53,678 nt of DNA from Anaerolineae bacterium. GTDB taxonomy: Bacteria; Chloroflexota; Anaerolineae; B4-G1; SLSP01. Every line of letters begins with the position of its first letter. Position 1 is the stretch's first letter. Below the pieces are notes generated by a model. It saw only the letters and a program-made list of their open reading frames with translations. It made no database searches and was not told where the DNA came from. The translations under genes were made by a program, and so were the position numbers. The stretch is from positions 1 through 53,678 of the forward strand of contig DAOTZR010000057.1 in the NCBI GenBank assembly GCA_034434315.1. Reading direction: 5' to 3'. Below are positions 29,547 through 39,455 of this stretch, one piece after another.

Positions 29547-29927
29547 ATGCAAAATCGCAAGATCATGATCGTGGACGACGAAACTTTCATTCGCACTCTG
29601 CTGACGCAAACCCTGGAAGACCTGGAAGAGCAAGGTGTTGAAATTTTGACGGCCGGGGATGGAGAAGAAGCCCTGGCGTTGGCTCTGGATGAGGTACCGG
29701 ATTTGATTTTCCTGGATGTGATGATGCCGAAGAAAAGTGGTTATGAGGTCTGCGCCCAAATCAAGGCTCAACATCCGTCAACTTACGTGATTTTGTTGAC
29801 GGCGAAAGGGCAGGCTGTGGATAAGGAACAGGGCAATCGGGTTGGGGCCGATGAATACATTACCAAACCTTTCGACCCGGACTTCATCATGGAGCGAGCC
29901 GTAGACATTCTGCATCTGGAAGGCTAG
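29547..29927 (+). CDS. Stand-alone CheY-like response regulator receiver
   Basis: MIVDDE acidic pocket, phospho-Asp in IFLDVMMP, LLTA and ITKPF. AGGAGG RBS. 126 aa. Confidence 0.9.
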   Translation: MQNRKIMIVDDETFIRTLLTQTLEDLEEQGVEILTAGDGEEALALALDEVPDLIFLDVMMPKKSGYEVCAQIKAQHPSTYVILLTAKGQAVDKEQGNRVGADEYITKPFDPDFIMERAVDILHLEG

Positions 29928-29944
29928 CCGTGCCTGGATGATGT

Positions 29945-32900
29945 ATGACCACTGAGCTGATCAATCTGCGCCGTAAGGCCATATCCCTTGTAGTGGCCAT
30001 TGCTACAGGGGGTATTGTGCTGTTAATGGTGATCAGCTCCATGTTGACCGGCCAAAACGAAGTAACCTTGCGCCTGATGTTGCGCAACTTTGTGTTCTTT
30101 GGCCCGATCATACCCCTGGTACTGGCGTGGGTTATCTACCGGGCTCTCGATCCGGTAGCATCGCTGGCTCGAACTATCGAGAGCGGGACACCCCCGTCCC
30201 AGGAGATGCTGCGTCAGGCACGCCTGGCTGCTCTGCTTACCCCCCAACGTTTTGTCGTCGTGCCCATAGTGTCTACTCTGATCATCACCCTGGGCTCGGA
30301 TTTTGTGGCCGCCTTGTTAGATTCCCACTATCGACTGAGTGACCATCTCCCCATTTCTGGCGTGGTTATTATGGTCTCGCTGGTCCTGACATTGCTGATG
30401 TATTTTGGGCTGCGCCAGTTACTTCTGCCTGTTTTGTTGGCGACAGTCGCAGTGCAGGACGAAGTGCAAGCCCAGCGCTTTGGGTTGGGGACACGTTTCT
30501 TGCTCACATTGGTGTTCATGAGCTTGATCAGTATCATTTTTTTGAGCCTGGTGGGTTACGCGCTGCTTTACCAGAATGCCCGCGTCATCCTGTATAACAA
30601 GTACTATAACATTCTTCAGATTCTCAATCAACATGTCTTTCCTTACCTGCAGAAAGATGCCGATTGGGTTGCCACCGTTGAAGAACAACAAGGACTGGAA
30701 GGGTATGCGTTTCTGCTGGACGATGAGGGCCATCTGCTAACCCGAATACCGCGGGCTTACGAAGACCTGCAAGCCGATTGGGCCTTGATTATTAAAGGAG
30801 ATACCTATATCGAGGCCGGGCGTTGGGCGGCGGTGACTGCGCCGGTCTATCGCAGCGGTGAAGGACCCTGGCGTGTGGGGTTTGTTTACCGCATCACGCC
30901 TTTGATGTACCCCCTATTCCAGAGGATTTTGGTGATTTTCGGGGGCTTTACGCTGTTGATGCTGGCGTTTGTGGTCGTGGTGAATCGCCTGGTCACCCAG
31001 GACATCACCAGGGATATCACCTACCTCACGCGGCGGCTTCTGGACCTTTCTGGTGGGGGCGAGGTTGACTTTCAGCCGCTTCCGCAGCTCTCTTCGGATG
31101 AAATAGGTGACCTGGTTGGAGCTTTTAATCGCTTCCAGGAGCGCCTCAAAGAACAACATGCGCGGATGGTCCGGGAGCGAAAAGAATTGCTGGTGTTGCA
31201 TAACTTGTCGCAGCGTTTGAATTCAACGCTGGATATCATGCAGATTTTGCAGGAGATCATCACCAGCGTTGAGACGAATTTTGGGTTTTACAACACTTCT
31301 ATCCTGCTCCTGGATGAAGACCAGCAGTCGCTTTATGTAGCTGCCAGCCCCAATTATCTCGATCCTGAAGTGCGCGAGCGCAAGATACCTTTGGGGCAGG
31401 GGATTGTGGGCTATGCGGCGGCTACGGGAGAAGTTTATCTGGCCCAAAATGTGGATGCATCTCCCCATTTTATCCGCACGGATCCGGCGACCCGCTCTGA
31501 ACTGGCCATCCCTTTGCGCATTGAGGACCGGGTTATTGGGGTGTTTAATGTGGAAAGCGACCGCTATAGCGCGTTTGGCGAGGATGACGTCCGGATGCTT
31601 ACGGCGCTCGCCTCTCAGGCGGCTGTAGCTCTGCATAACGCCCAGCTCTATCGCCAGACCGAGGCCGAACGTCAGGTGGCCATACGCCTGGCAGAGCTGG
31701 CCCAACTGGTCAACAGCACCCTGGATTTGCAAGAAGTGCTCAATCGCGGGTTGGAATTTCTGGAACAGGTCCTTAAATTTGACTCGGCTTCAATTTTGTT
31801 ACTTACCCCTGAGGGCAATCTCACCATTGCTGCTTGTCGCGGTTTTGAGCATCCCGAAAGTGTGCTCGGCGCTACCTTTACCCCGGATGAAAGCAATCTC
31901 AGTCACGAAGCGGTCCGGCTCCAGCGGCCCATGCTCATCCCCGATGTGCAAAAACACCCGGCCTGGGGGCATAGCCGTGAAGATGTAGAGGGAACTAAAA
32001 CCATCCGTTCCTGGATCGGCATTCCGCTCAGTGTTCAGGGACAAGGGATTGGTCTGTTAACGGTAGACAAACACGAAGCTGATTTTTACACGCCTGAAGA
32101 TGCGCGTAAAGCTGCTTTGTTTGCTGCGCACCTGGCGACGGCTGTGCATAATGCCCGTTTGTATCAACAGATGCAGGACCAGGCCCGCTACCTCTCCGTA
32201 TTGTTCAATGCCACGGCGCGGATCAGCGGCCTTTTGGATGTTCGCCGGTTGTTGCATGAAATCGTCCATTTTGTGCATGAAACCTTTGCCTATCCGGTCG
32301 TGGCTTTGCATCTGGTGGACGAACGCACAGGCGAACTCTCCTATGTGGCGCAACGCGAAAAAGCTGCCATTTTGATGATGCCGTCCCTGGAGACCACGCC
32401 TGAACACGATCTGGTCCATCAGGCGGTGACAACCCGTCAAATCCAGCATCAGACTTACGCTGAAGACCAGGCCACGATTCGTTCTGAACTGGCCATTCCC
32501 ATGTTTGTCGGTGAGGACGTGATTGGGGTATTTCATCTCATCGGCAATGGCGCAGATAGTTTCGATACCAATGCTGTGCGTTTGTTGACGGCCCTGGCCA
32601 ATCAGGTAGCTGTCGCTCTGCAGAACGCCCGCCTGTATGAGCGGCTACAGATGCAGGCAGCTCGTCTGAGCCTTTTGCAGCAGATTTCGCAGACCATCAC
32701 CTCCATCCTTGAACCGCGCGCTCTAATCGAGAAAATCGTTGAGGTCGTGGCCAGAACTTTCTCCTACCCCCATGTGGGGATCTTTTTGCTCGATGCCGAC
32801 GCTCAAGAGTTGTACATTGGCTATCAGTTGGGCTACCCACAAGAGGTATCCATCTTGCGCTTACCCCTCAATGGCCCAGGAATCACCGTTGCCGCGGCTA

Positions 32901-35002
32901 ATAGTGGACAACCGATCGTCTGCAACGATGTTCAACGGGATGCGCGGTACGTGCAAGGCCTACCGGAGGTGCGTTCTGAACTGGCTATTCCGCTCATAGG
33001 CCGGGCGGGGTTGATTGGCGTCTTCAACATTGAAACGCAGCATCTCAATGCGTTCAGACCTGAAGATGTGGAACTGTTCACAGCTTTGGGACACCAGATT
33101 ACGGTGGCCCTGGAAAACGCCCATCTGTTTGCCAATGTGAGTGAACAAACGCGCCAGTTAACCCGTCTGGCGAACATGCTGGCTCAGGAAAAACGTAAGC
33201 TAGATGTGACTTTGCACACGATCGTAGATGGTTTGTTGGTCACCGCCCCCGATGGCACCGTTCTTTTGGCCAACCCTGCTGCGGAAACGATCTTGCAGCG
33301 CCCTCTGCATGAGTTGGTGGGGCGGCCTTTAGGTACAAGCCACGCAGAGCAGGAACTGCAATACCTGATTCACGAGGCCCGGCGCAATCCCAAGGTTACC
33401 CTGGTGAGTGAAGTGGTCTTGTCCGACTCGCGCAGCTTCAAAGCAACCGCTACTGCGGTGGAGGAAGACCCGGAGCTGGGTGTGGTGACCCTGTTGCGCG
33501 ATATTACCCGCGAAAAAGAACTCGATCGCCTGAAGACTGACTTCATTACGACCGTGTCTCACGAAATGCGAACCCCCCTGACCTCCGTCCTGGGATTTGC
33601 GCGGGTAACTCGCAAACAACTTGAGCGTGAGTTGCAACCCCATCTCCCTCAGGATAATGCGCGTGTCCAGGAGGCATTGAAGCGCATTCTGGATAATCTG
33701 GATATCATTCAAAAAGAGGCGCAGCGCCTGAATAACCTGGCCACGGATGTGCTCGATCTGGCGCGGATTGAGAGCGGGCGCATGGTATGGAACGATCAAC
33801 CCCTGATGGTGTCTTCTGTGTTGGAAAGTGTGTTACAGGAGTTTCGTACTTTAGCTGAATCTAAATCTTTGCACATCATCACCCGCATCCAGGAAGCACT
33901 TCCTCCCCTGGTCGCCGATCGAGAGCGTGTGCGTCAGGTGCTATTGAACCTGGTTTCCAATGCGATCAAGTTCTCCCCTGCCGGTGAAACCATCAGTGTC
34001 AGCCTGACCAGTTTGAAACCGTATGAGACCTGGAAGGGATGGCAGGCCCCCGAAGATGGCGCCTTATTGGTCACCATCAGTGACCGTGGACCAGGCATCG
34101 CCCTCGATTTGCAGAACCGACTGTTTAAACGCTTCCAGCAGCTTACAACCGATGGCCTGACGGATAAACCTCAGGGGACTGGCCTGGGTCTGGCTATTTG
34201 TTATGAGATTGTGACCCATTATCAGGGGACTATCGGCGTGGAGTCCCAGCCGGGCGAGGGAAGCACCTTTTTCTTCGCGTTGCCCTGGCGTAAACGTCAG
34301 GTTGGTCTGGAAGGTAGTATCATGTCCGAAAGCCGCCCCCGTGTCATTTCCCCATCATCCCCAACAGTTCCTCTGGTGCTTATTATCGGTCGGTTGGACG
34401 AAGCCATGACTCATTTGCAGGACGAATTGCAGGGACAGGGCTATCTGGTTATGCATGCGACAGGGGGAAGCGAAGGTCTGGCGCTGGCCCGACAGCAGAA
34501 GCCTGCGCTGGTCGTGTTGTACTCACCGCTCCCTGATCTGACAGCGAGCGACATCCTGCAGTTGTTGAAGTCCGATCTTGCTACCGTGAGCATTCCCGTC
34601 CTTCTGTTGGCGATCAACGAGGCCGATCTCAAGCAGGGGCGGGAACGTGGTGCGGACTTATGCCTGCTTCTACCTGTGGAAAAAGAACTTCTGGTTCAAC
34701 ATGCGCGGACTTTGCTGCGTTTGTTCACCAGCTCTTATGGTGGGCCTGATGGGCCTGTTGGAATGCCTCTGAGTGGGCTGGTCAACTATCTAAACCTGCG
34801 TGGTTTCCAGGCGCAGAGTACCTATGAAGGCGCACTGGCTTTGACACCGGAACAACCTGGAACGATCCATACCTGGCTGAAAGCTCAGCTTCAGACGGGA
34901 AGCGACTGGCAGGCAATCCATCTGAAACATGGCGGGTCAGGCCAGGAAATCATTGTATTGGCAAGGAAAGAACGTGAACATTCCAGGCATGAGCTGGTTT
35001 AA
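29945..35002 (+). CDS. Giant membrane sensor kinase: TM region, HAMP, 4 GAF, PAS, HisKA, HATPase_c, degenerate receiver, unknown C-terminal domain
   Basis: 1685 aa. Four GAF blocks each end in a (A/V)ALxNAxL(Y/F) helix. H-box TVSHEMRTPLTSVLGF, N-box NLVSNAIKFSP, DRGPGI and GTGLGLAICYEIV. The C-terminal REC-like fold lacks the conserved acidic residues. Confidence 0.9.
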   Translation: MTTELINLRRKAISLVVAIATGGIVLLMVISSMLTGQNEVTLRLMLRNFVFFGPIIPLVLAWVIYRALDPVASLARTIESGTPPSQEMLRQARLAALLTPQRFVVVPIVSTLIITLGSDFVAALLDSHYRLSDHLPISGVVIMVSLVLTLLMYFGLRQLLLPVLLATVAVQDEVQAQRFGLGTRFLLTLVFMSLISIIFLSLVGYALLYQNARVILYNKYYNILQILNQHVFPYLQKDADWVATVEEQQGLEGYAFLLDDEGHLLTRIPRAYEDLQADWALIIKGDTYIEAGRWAAVTAPVYRSGEGPWRVGFVYRITPLMYPLFQRILVIFGGFTLLMLAFVVVVNRLVTQDITRDITYLTRRLLDLSGGGEVDFQPLPQLSSDEIGDLVGAFNRFQERLKEQHARMVRERKELLVLHNLSQRLNSTLDIMQILQEIITSVETNFGFYNTSILLLDEDQQSLYVAASPNYLDPEVRERKIPLGQGIVGYAAATGEVYLAQNVDASPHFIRTDPATRSELAIPLRIEDRVIGVFNVESDRYSAFGEDDVRMLTALASQAAVALHNAQLYRQTEAERQVAIRLAELAQLVNSTLDLQEVLNRGLEFLEQVLKFDSASILLLTPEGNLTIAACRGFEHPESVLGATFTPDESNLSHEAVRLQRPMLIPDVQKHPAWGHSREDVEGTKTIRSWIGIPLSVQGQGIGLLTVDKHEADFYTPEDARKAALFAAHLATAVHNARLYQQMQDQARYLSVLFNATARISGLLDVRRLLHEIVHFVHETFAYPVVALHLVDERTGELSYVAQREKAAILMMPSLETTPEHDLVHQAVTTRQIQHQTYAEDQATIRSELAIPMFVGEDVIGVFHLIGNGADSFDTNAVRLLTALANQVAVALQNARLYERLQMQAARLSLLQQISQTITSILEPRALIEKIVEVVARTFSYPHVGIFLLDADAQELYIGYQLGYPQEVSILRLPLNGPGITVAAANSGQPIVCNDVQRDARYVQGLPEVRSELAIPLIGRAGLIGVFNIETQHLNAFRPEDVELFTALGHQITVALENAHLFANVSEQTRQLTRLANMLAQEKRKLDVTLHTIVDGLLVTAPDGTVLLANPAAETILQRPLHELVGRPLGTSHAEQELQYLIHEARRNPKVTLVSEVVLSDSRSFKATATAVEEDPELGVVTLLRDITREKELDRLKTDFITTVSHEMRTPLTSVLGFARVTRKQLERELQPHLPQDNARVQEALKRILDNLDIIQKEAQRLNNLATDVLDLARIESGRMVWNDQPLMVSSVLESVLQEFRTLAESKSLHIITRIQEALPPLVADRERVRQVLLNLVSNAIKFSPAGETISVSLTSLKPYETWKGWQAPEDGALLVTISDRGPGIALDLQNRLFKRFQQLTTDGLTDKPQGTGLGLAICYEIVTHYQGTIGVESQPGEGSTFFFALPWRKRQVGLEGSIMSESRPRVISPSSPTVPLVLIIGRLDEAMTHLQDELQGQGYLVMHATGGSEGLALARQQKPALVVLYSPLPDLTASDILQLLKSDLATVSIPVLLLAINEADLKQGRERGADLCLLLPVEKELLVQHARTLLRLFTSSYGGPDGPVGMPLSGLVNYLNLRGFQAQSTYEGALALTPEQPGTIHTWLKAQLQTGSDWQAIHLKHGGSGQEIIVLARKEREHSRHELV

Positions 35003-37508
35003 ATCTCTCCTCGCGGCTGCCGCTCAGCGCATGGGCTATAGCGTAGCCCTGGCATTGTTGGCTGTGTGCGGCGCTCAGCTCGCCACGCTGTTGGGATTTG
35101 CTTTTGTGGCGGCTATGACCGACTTGTCTTCCCAACACCTCCAGCAGCTCCTGGTGGTTTTGCTTGTTCTGATCATTCCGTTGCTACTGTTTCATCTTCT
35201 GGTTAGTGGATGGGGCCATACACCCCTGAGCCATGCTGTGTGCCGGCGTGTCAATGCTGGCTTTGATGGTGTTCTCCTGCGCGACAATCTGTCTCCGGCT
35301 ATGTTGTCAACACTAACGCAGGACCTGGAATTGCTTCCGGTCATACACACGCGCATCTCGGTTGTATTGACCATGTTGGTAGCGGGAATCATCACGCTAT
35401 ATGCCGCGCTTCACCACTGGGCCTGGGGCTGGTACGCGTTAGGGGGCGGGGTGACGATTATTCTATATGGCATGTTCGTCAGCAGTATTGCCGAATTGGC
35501 CCTGTTCCCGGCTCTGCGTCAGAGCCGGTATCAGCTCCGTCGTCTGGGCTATCCGGTTGTGCCGCGCCGCCTGGGCAGTCTGAATGTCCGCATGACCCGG
35601 CTGCTGATACCGCCCCTGGCCGGCATCCTCATGCTCACAGCCCTGTTTGTTCAGAGGCCGGATCTGGCCCGGCATTGGCTTCAGGTCGTAGCGTTGGGCG
35701 GAGGTGTGCTTGTACTGGACGCTTTTCTTATCCAGCTCATCCTGGCCACCATTCGTCTGGCTCACGATGAGGTGCGTCTGACCCTGGACGTGCTTCTATC
35801 GGAGGGGCGGGCGGATCTGGTTACCGGCAGCACCGATCGCGATTTTGTCGAAATGGCCCAGGATATCTATCAGATCGCTCAAAAAATCCTCGCCATGCAA
35901 CAGACGTTGAAGGATCTGAATCAAAGCCTGGAGCAGCGGATTGCCGAACGTGTGGCGGAGTTAAAACAAAAGCAAGATGTGCTCACAGCTATTTTGGAAA
36001 ATATCGCCGATGGCCTTGTGGTTACCGATCGTCAGGGGCGTTTGTTGATCACCAATGCCGTGTTTCGTCATGTGTTTCCTTATACTGCAACGAAAGACGA
36101 ACCCATGGCCCTGGATGCGGTTCTTCCCAACGCCGGCCTTCAGGATCTGGTACAGCGAACCCTGTCTGACCCGGACTCGGTGCATGAGTTGCAGATTCTC
36201 ACACCCGATCGGCGCGTGTACCAGGTTCTGGGACGGGCTTTACCACCCGCAACCGGGCTGGGCAGTGTGTTGGTGTTGCACGATGTCACGCGCGATGTGG
36301 AGCTGGCGCACATGAAAGCCAACTTCATCTCATCCGTCTCCCATGAACTGCGCACGCCGCTTACCTCCATCCTGGGCTTTGCCAAACTCACCCGACGGAC
36401 TTTTGAGCAGATGCTTCGCCCTTTATTGCCTGATCAGGATAAAGTGCACCGCTCAGTTGAACGGGTTGAGCGCAACCTGGATATTCTCATCCAGGAAAGC
36501 GAACGCCTGACCCATCTTATCAACGATGTATTGGATCTGGCGGCGATAGATAGCGGCAAGATTGAGTGGAACGACTCTATGTGCGAGCCGACTCTGTTGA
36601 TTCAAGAGAGCGTTCGAGAGTTCCGGCCTTTGGCCGAGAGAAAGGGGCTGCGCTTCCTGGTTGAGCTTGATCCGGCCCTGCCTCTGATTAAAGCCGATCT
36701 TGTGCGCATCCGTCAGGTGTTGGATAATCTGATATCCAACGCCGTTAAATTTACTTCCAGCGGGTGGGTTAAGGTCAGCGCCAGGGCTTTACAGCCGGGT
36801 GAAACCGTAGACACCTGGGTAACTCCGGCCTGTGGCGGGATTCTGGTCAAGGTGAGTGATACCGGCCCGGGTGTGCCACCGGAAAGCCAGCCTTACATCT
36901 TCGAACGTTTCTGGCAAGGGGGGGACTACATTCACAATAAACCCAAGGGCACAGGCCTGGGGCTGGCCCTGTCACGGGATATTGTGCAGCATTATCATGG
37001 CTACATCGGTCTGCAGCCTGGCGAGTCGGGACAGGGGACTACGTTTTACGTCGCCCTGCCTACAGGAGAAACCCTGGTATCGGCCTTACCGTTGAGAACC
37101 CATAGCGATTCGGTTGTCAACGATCTCTCGCTGGATAGTCCGGTCTGTGTCGTCGTGGTGGATGACGACTCATCCATCACCGAGTGGTTGCGTGAGGAAC
37201 TGGAACAGCAGGACTATCGCGTTTTCGTTGCCGCTAACGCGACTGAGGGCATGACTCTGGTGCGTCAACATCACCCTGATACGATTGTGTTGGATCTCAT
37301 GCTGCCCGGCATTTCCGGCCTTGAGCTTTTACGCCTTCTGAAAGCGGATGCGACCACATCGTCCATCCCGGTTGTGGTGTTGACTATCGCCGACGAACGC
37401 GAAGCCGCATTAACTCTGGGAGCTGCGGCCTATTTAAAGAAGCCGGTGACGATCGAGATGCTGATCCAGACCTTGCAGCGTGTTCTGGCTGAGGTGAAAA
37501 CCCCATGA
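34989..37508 (+). CDS. Hybrid membrane sensor kinase (TM region, PAS, HisKA, HATPase_c, canonical receiver)
   Basis: The start at ATG 34989 (MSWFKSLL) overlaps the upstream stop by 14 nt. H-box SVSHELRTPLTSILGF, N-box NLISNAVKFT, DTGPGV and GTGLGLALSRDIV. REC motifs VVVDDD, IVLDLMLP, VVVLT and LKKPV. Confidence 0.9.
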   Translation: MSWFKSLLAAAAQRMGYSVALALLAVCGAQLATLLGFAFVAAMTDLSSQHLQQLLVVLLVLIIPLLLFHLLVSGWGHTPLSHAVCRRVNAGFDGVLLRDNLSPAMLSTLTQDLELLPVIHTRISVVLTMLVAGIITLYAALHHWAWGWYALGGGVTIILYGMFVSSIAELALFPALRQSRYQLRRLGYPVVPRRLGSLNVRMTRLLIPPLAGILMLTALFVQRPDLARHWLQVVALGGGVLVLDAFLIQLILATIRLAHDEVRLTLDVLLSEGRADLVTGSTDRDFVEMAQDIYQIAQKILAMQQTLKDLNQSLEQRIAERVAELKQKQDVLTAILENIADGLVVTDRQGRLLITNAVFRHVFPYTATKDEPMALDAVLPNAGLQDLVQRTLSDPDSVHELQILTPDRRVYQVLGRALPPATGLGSVLVLHDVTRDVELAHMKANFISSVSHELRTPLTSILGFAKLTRRTFEQMLRPLLPDQDKVHRSVERVERNLDILIQESERLTHLINDVLDLAAIDSGKIEWNDSMCEPTLLIQESVREFRPLAERKGLRFLVELDPALPLIKADLVRIRQVLDNLISNAVKFTSSGWVKVSARALQPGETVDTWVTPACGGILVKVSDTGPGVPPESQPYIFERFWQGGDYIHNKPKGTGLGLALSRDIVQHYHGYIGLQPGESGQGTTFYVALPTGETLVSALPLRTHSDSVVNDLSLDSPVCVVVVDDDSSITEWLREELEQQDYRVFVAANATEGMTLVRQHHPDTIVLDLMLPGISGLELLRLLKADATTSSIPVVVLTIADEREAALTLGAAAYLKKPVTIEMLIQTLQRVLAEVKTP

Positions 37509-37596
37509 AAAGTCAGGTCTTGCGCATAGATGGAGCATTGTCAACGCAAGGGAATCAAAACCTGGTTGAAGCTGAAAACATGGAAGGATACATCCT

Positions 37597-39447
37597 ATGG
37601 AAACGACCCTGACATTGCGTAAACTTCTCAATCGGCGGACTATCCAGCAATGGCTCCAGGCCCTCTCTGCCGTATTGCCCGAGGCCTATCTGGCCCTGGA
37701 AGATCACGATGGGCGCATTCTGGCAGAAGCTGGTGAGCCTGTTGCCTCCGCGGAGACCTCGGAACGCTATCCCTTGAAATATAGAGAGCATCTCTACGGG
37801 ACTTTACAGGTGCAGTGCGCCGGGTTGGCAATGCCAGAAGTGACCGCGCTGATCTATTTTGCCTTACAGAGTTTATCTAATCTGTTGATGATCGCTTTAG
37901 AAAATCGTTCCCTGGCTCAGGAGACGCTGGAGCGCTACCGCGAGATCAACCTGCTCTACAACATTGGTGAAACCATCAATACATCGCTGGATCCACAGCA
38001 AATCCCTGGTCTGGTACGCGATGAAGCTGCGCGTATCATCAATGCTGATTTTGGCGTAGTGTTGCTCATGGAAACCCAGCGTGCTCCGGGCCTGCGTTCC
38101 AGTTTTGGTGATGAGGTCCTGGTAGATGAGGCGCTCAGTCTGTTGGATAGTTCCATTCAAGCTATTCTGCAGGATGGTAAGCCGCGCATCATCACCACGG
38201 AGCAGTTCGACCATCCAACCCAGACGCAAATCGCCAGCGTGCTCTGCGCTCCCCTGAAAACACGCGAGCGTATTCTGGGAGTTGTCCTTCTGGGGCGCTG
38301 TCTGGGGCGGGAGATCTTTACGGCTGGGGATGAAAAGCTGCTCACCACCCTGGCCACCCAGGCCGCTATCGCCGTAGAGAATGCCCGGCTGTTTGCTGAT
38401 TTGCGTCAGCAACGTGATGAGATTGCCGCCATGAAGACCTACATGGATAACGTCTTCGCCAGTATTGCCAGCGGTGTGATCACGACCAATAACGCCAATG
38501 AAATTGCCACGATCAATCGCGCGGCCCGTGAGATTCTGCGCGTTGAGGATGCACAGGTTCTGGGGCGGTCATGCACTGATGCTATTCCCATGGTCGGCTC
38601 ACTGCTGCTTCCTCTGATGCATGAGGTTCAGCTTACGGATCGCGTGGTCCAGAAAGAACTGAACACCGAACTCCCCGGACGGGGGCCGGTGTATTTGCGG
38701 GTACATCTGAGTCCATTGAAGGACAATTATGCCCAGCGCACCGGTATCGCTATCGTGCTGGACGACTTGACGGAAACGCGCCGTCTGGAAAAGCGCGTTG
38801 AACTGATCGAAAAGACCTTTAAGCAGTATGTTGTGCCCAGTGTCGTGGAACAACTCCTTTCCAATCCAGACCAGGTGCGCCTGGGCGGTGTCCGCCGCGA
38901 GATCACCGTCCTTTTTGCCGACATTCGCGGTTTCACGGCCTTTAGCGAACGCACGGACCCGGAGCGGCTGGTGGAGATCCTTAATCGCTATCTCACGCTG
39001 GCGGCGGACGCTGTCCTGAATGAGGAGGGCACACTGGATAAATTCATGGGGGATGCGGTGATGGCGATTTTTAACGCACCGCTGGAGCAGACCGACCATA
39101 CGTTACGGGCCGTGCGCGCGGCTATTGCCATTCGCGATTCGATTCGGCGCCTGCATGAGCAACTCGATCCGCCTTATCGCTTGAATTTCGGCATTGGCAT
39201 TACGTCTGGGGCGAGCGTTGTGGGCAATATCGGCTCTACAGAGATCCGCAATTACACTGCCATTGGGGATAGTGTGAACCTGGCCTATCGCTTCCAATCC
39301 CATGCCGGACCAGGACAGATTTTCCTGAATGAGCTGGCTTACCGGCATGTGCAGTCGCGAGTTGAAGCAGTGATGCGCGGGCCGATTCTGGTTAAGGGCC
39401 ACACGGAACCGGATATCGTTTATGAGGTCTTGAGCCTGAAGGAATAA
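37597..39447 (+). CDS. GAF-PAS class III adenylate cyclase
   Basis: GAF block (…LCAPLKTRERILGVVLLGR…AAIAVENARLF) and a PAS-like segment. The cyclase core has FADIRGFT and GDAVMA (metal Asp), DKFMGD Lys plus NYTAIGDSVN Thr (adenine-type specificity pair), and VNLAYR (Asn/Arg). Confidence 0.88.
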   Translation: METTLTLRKLLNRRTIQQWLQALSAVLPEAYLALEDHDGRILAEAGEPVASAETSERYPLKYREHLYGTLQVQCAGLAMPEVTALIYFALQSLSNLLMIALENRSLAQETLERYREINLLYNIGETINTSLDPQQIPGLVRDEAARIINADFGVVLLMETQRAPGLRSSFGDEVLVDEALSLLDSSIQAILQDGKPRIITTEQFDHPTQTQIASVLCAPLKTRERILGVVLLGRCLGREIFTAGDEKLLTTLATQAAIAVENARLFADLRQQRDEIAAMKTYMDNVFASIASGVITTNNANEIATINRAAREILRVEDAQVLGRSCTDAIPMVGSLLLPLMHEVQLTDRVVQKELNTELPGRGPVYLRVHLSPLKDNYAQRTGIAIVLDDLTETRRLEKRVELIEKTFKQYVVPSVVEQLLSNPDQVRLGGVRREITVLFADIRGFTAFSERTDPERLVEILNRYLTLAADAVLNEEGTLDKFMGDAVMAIFNAPLEQTDHTLRAVRAAIAIRDSIRRLHEQLDPPYRLNFGIGITSGASVVGNIGSTEIRNYTAIGDSVNLAYRFQSHAGPGQIFLNELAYRHVQSRVEAVMRGPILVKGHTEPDIVYEVLSLKE

Positions 39448-39455
39448 GCCAGGAC

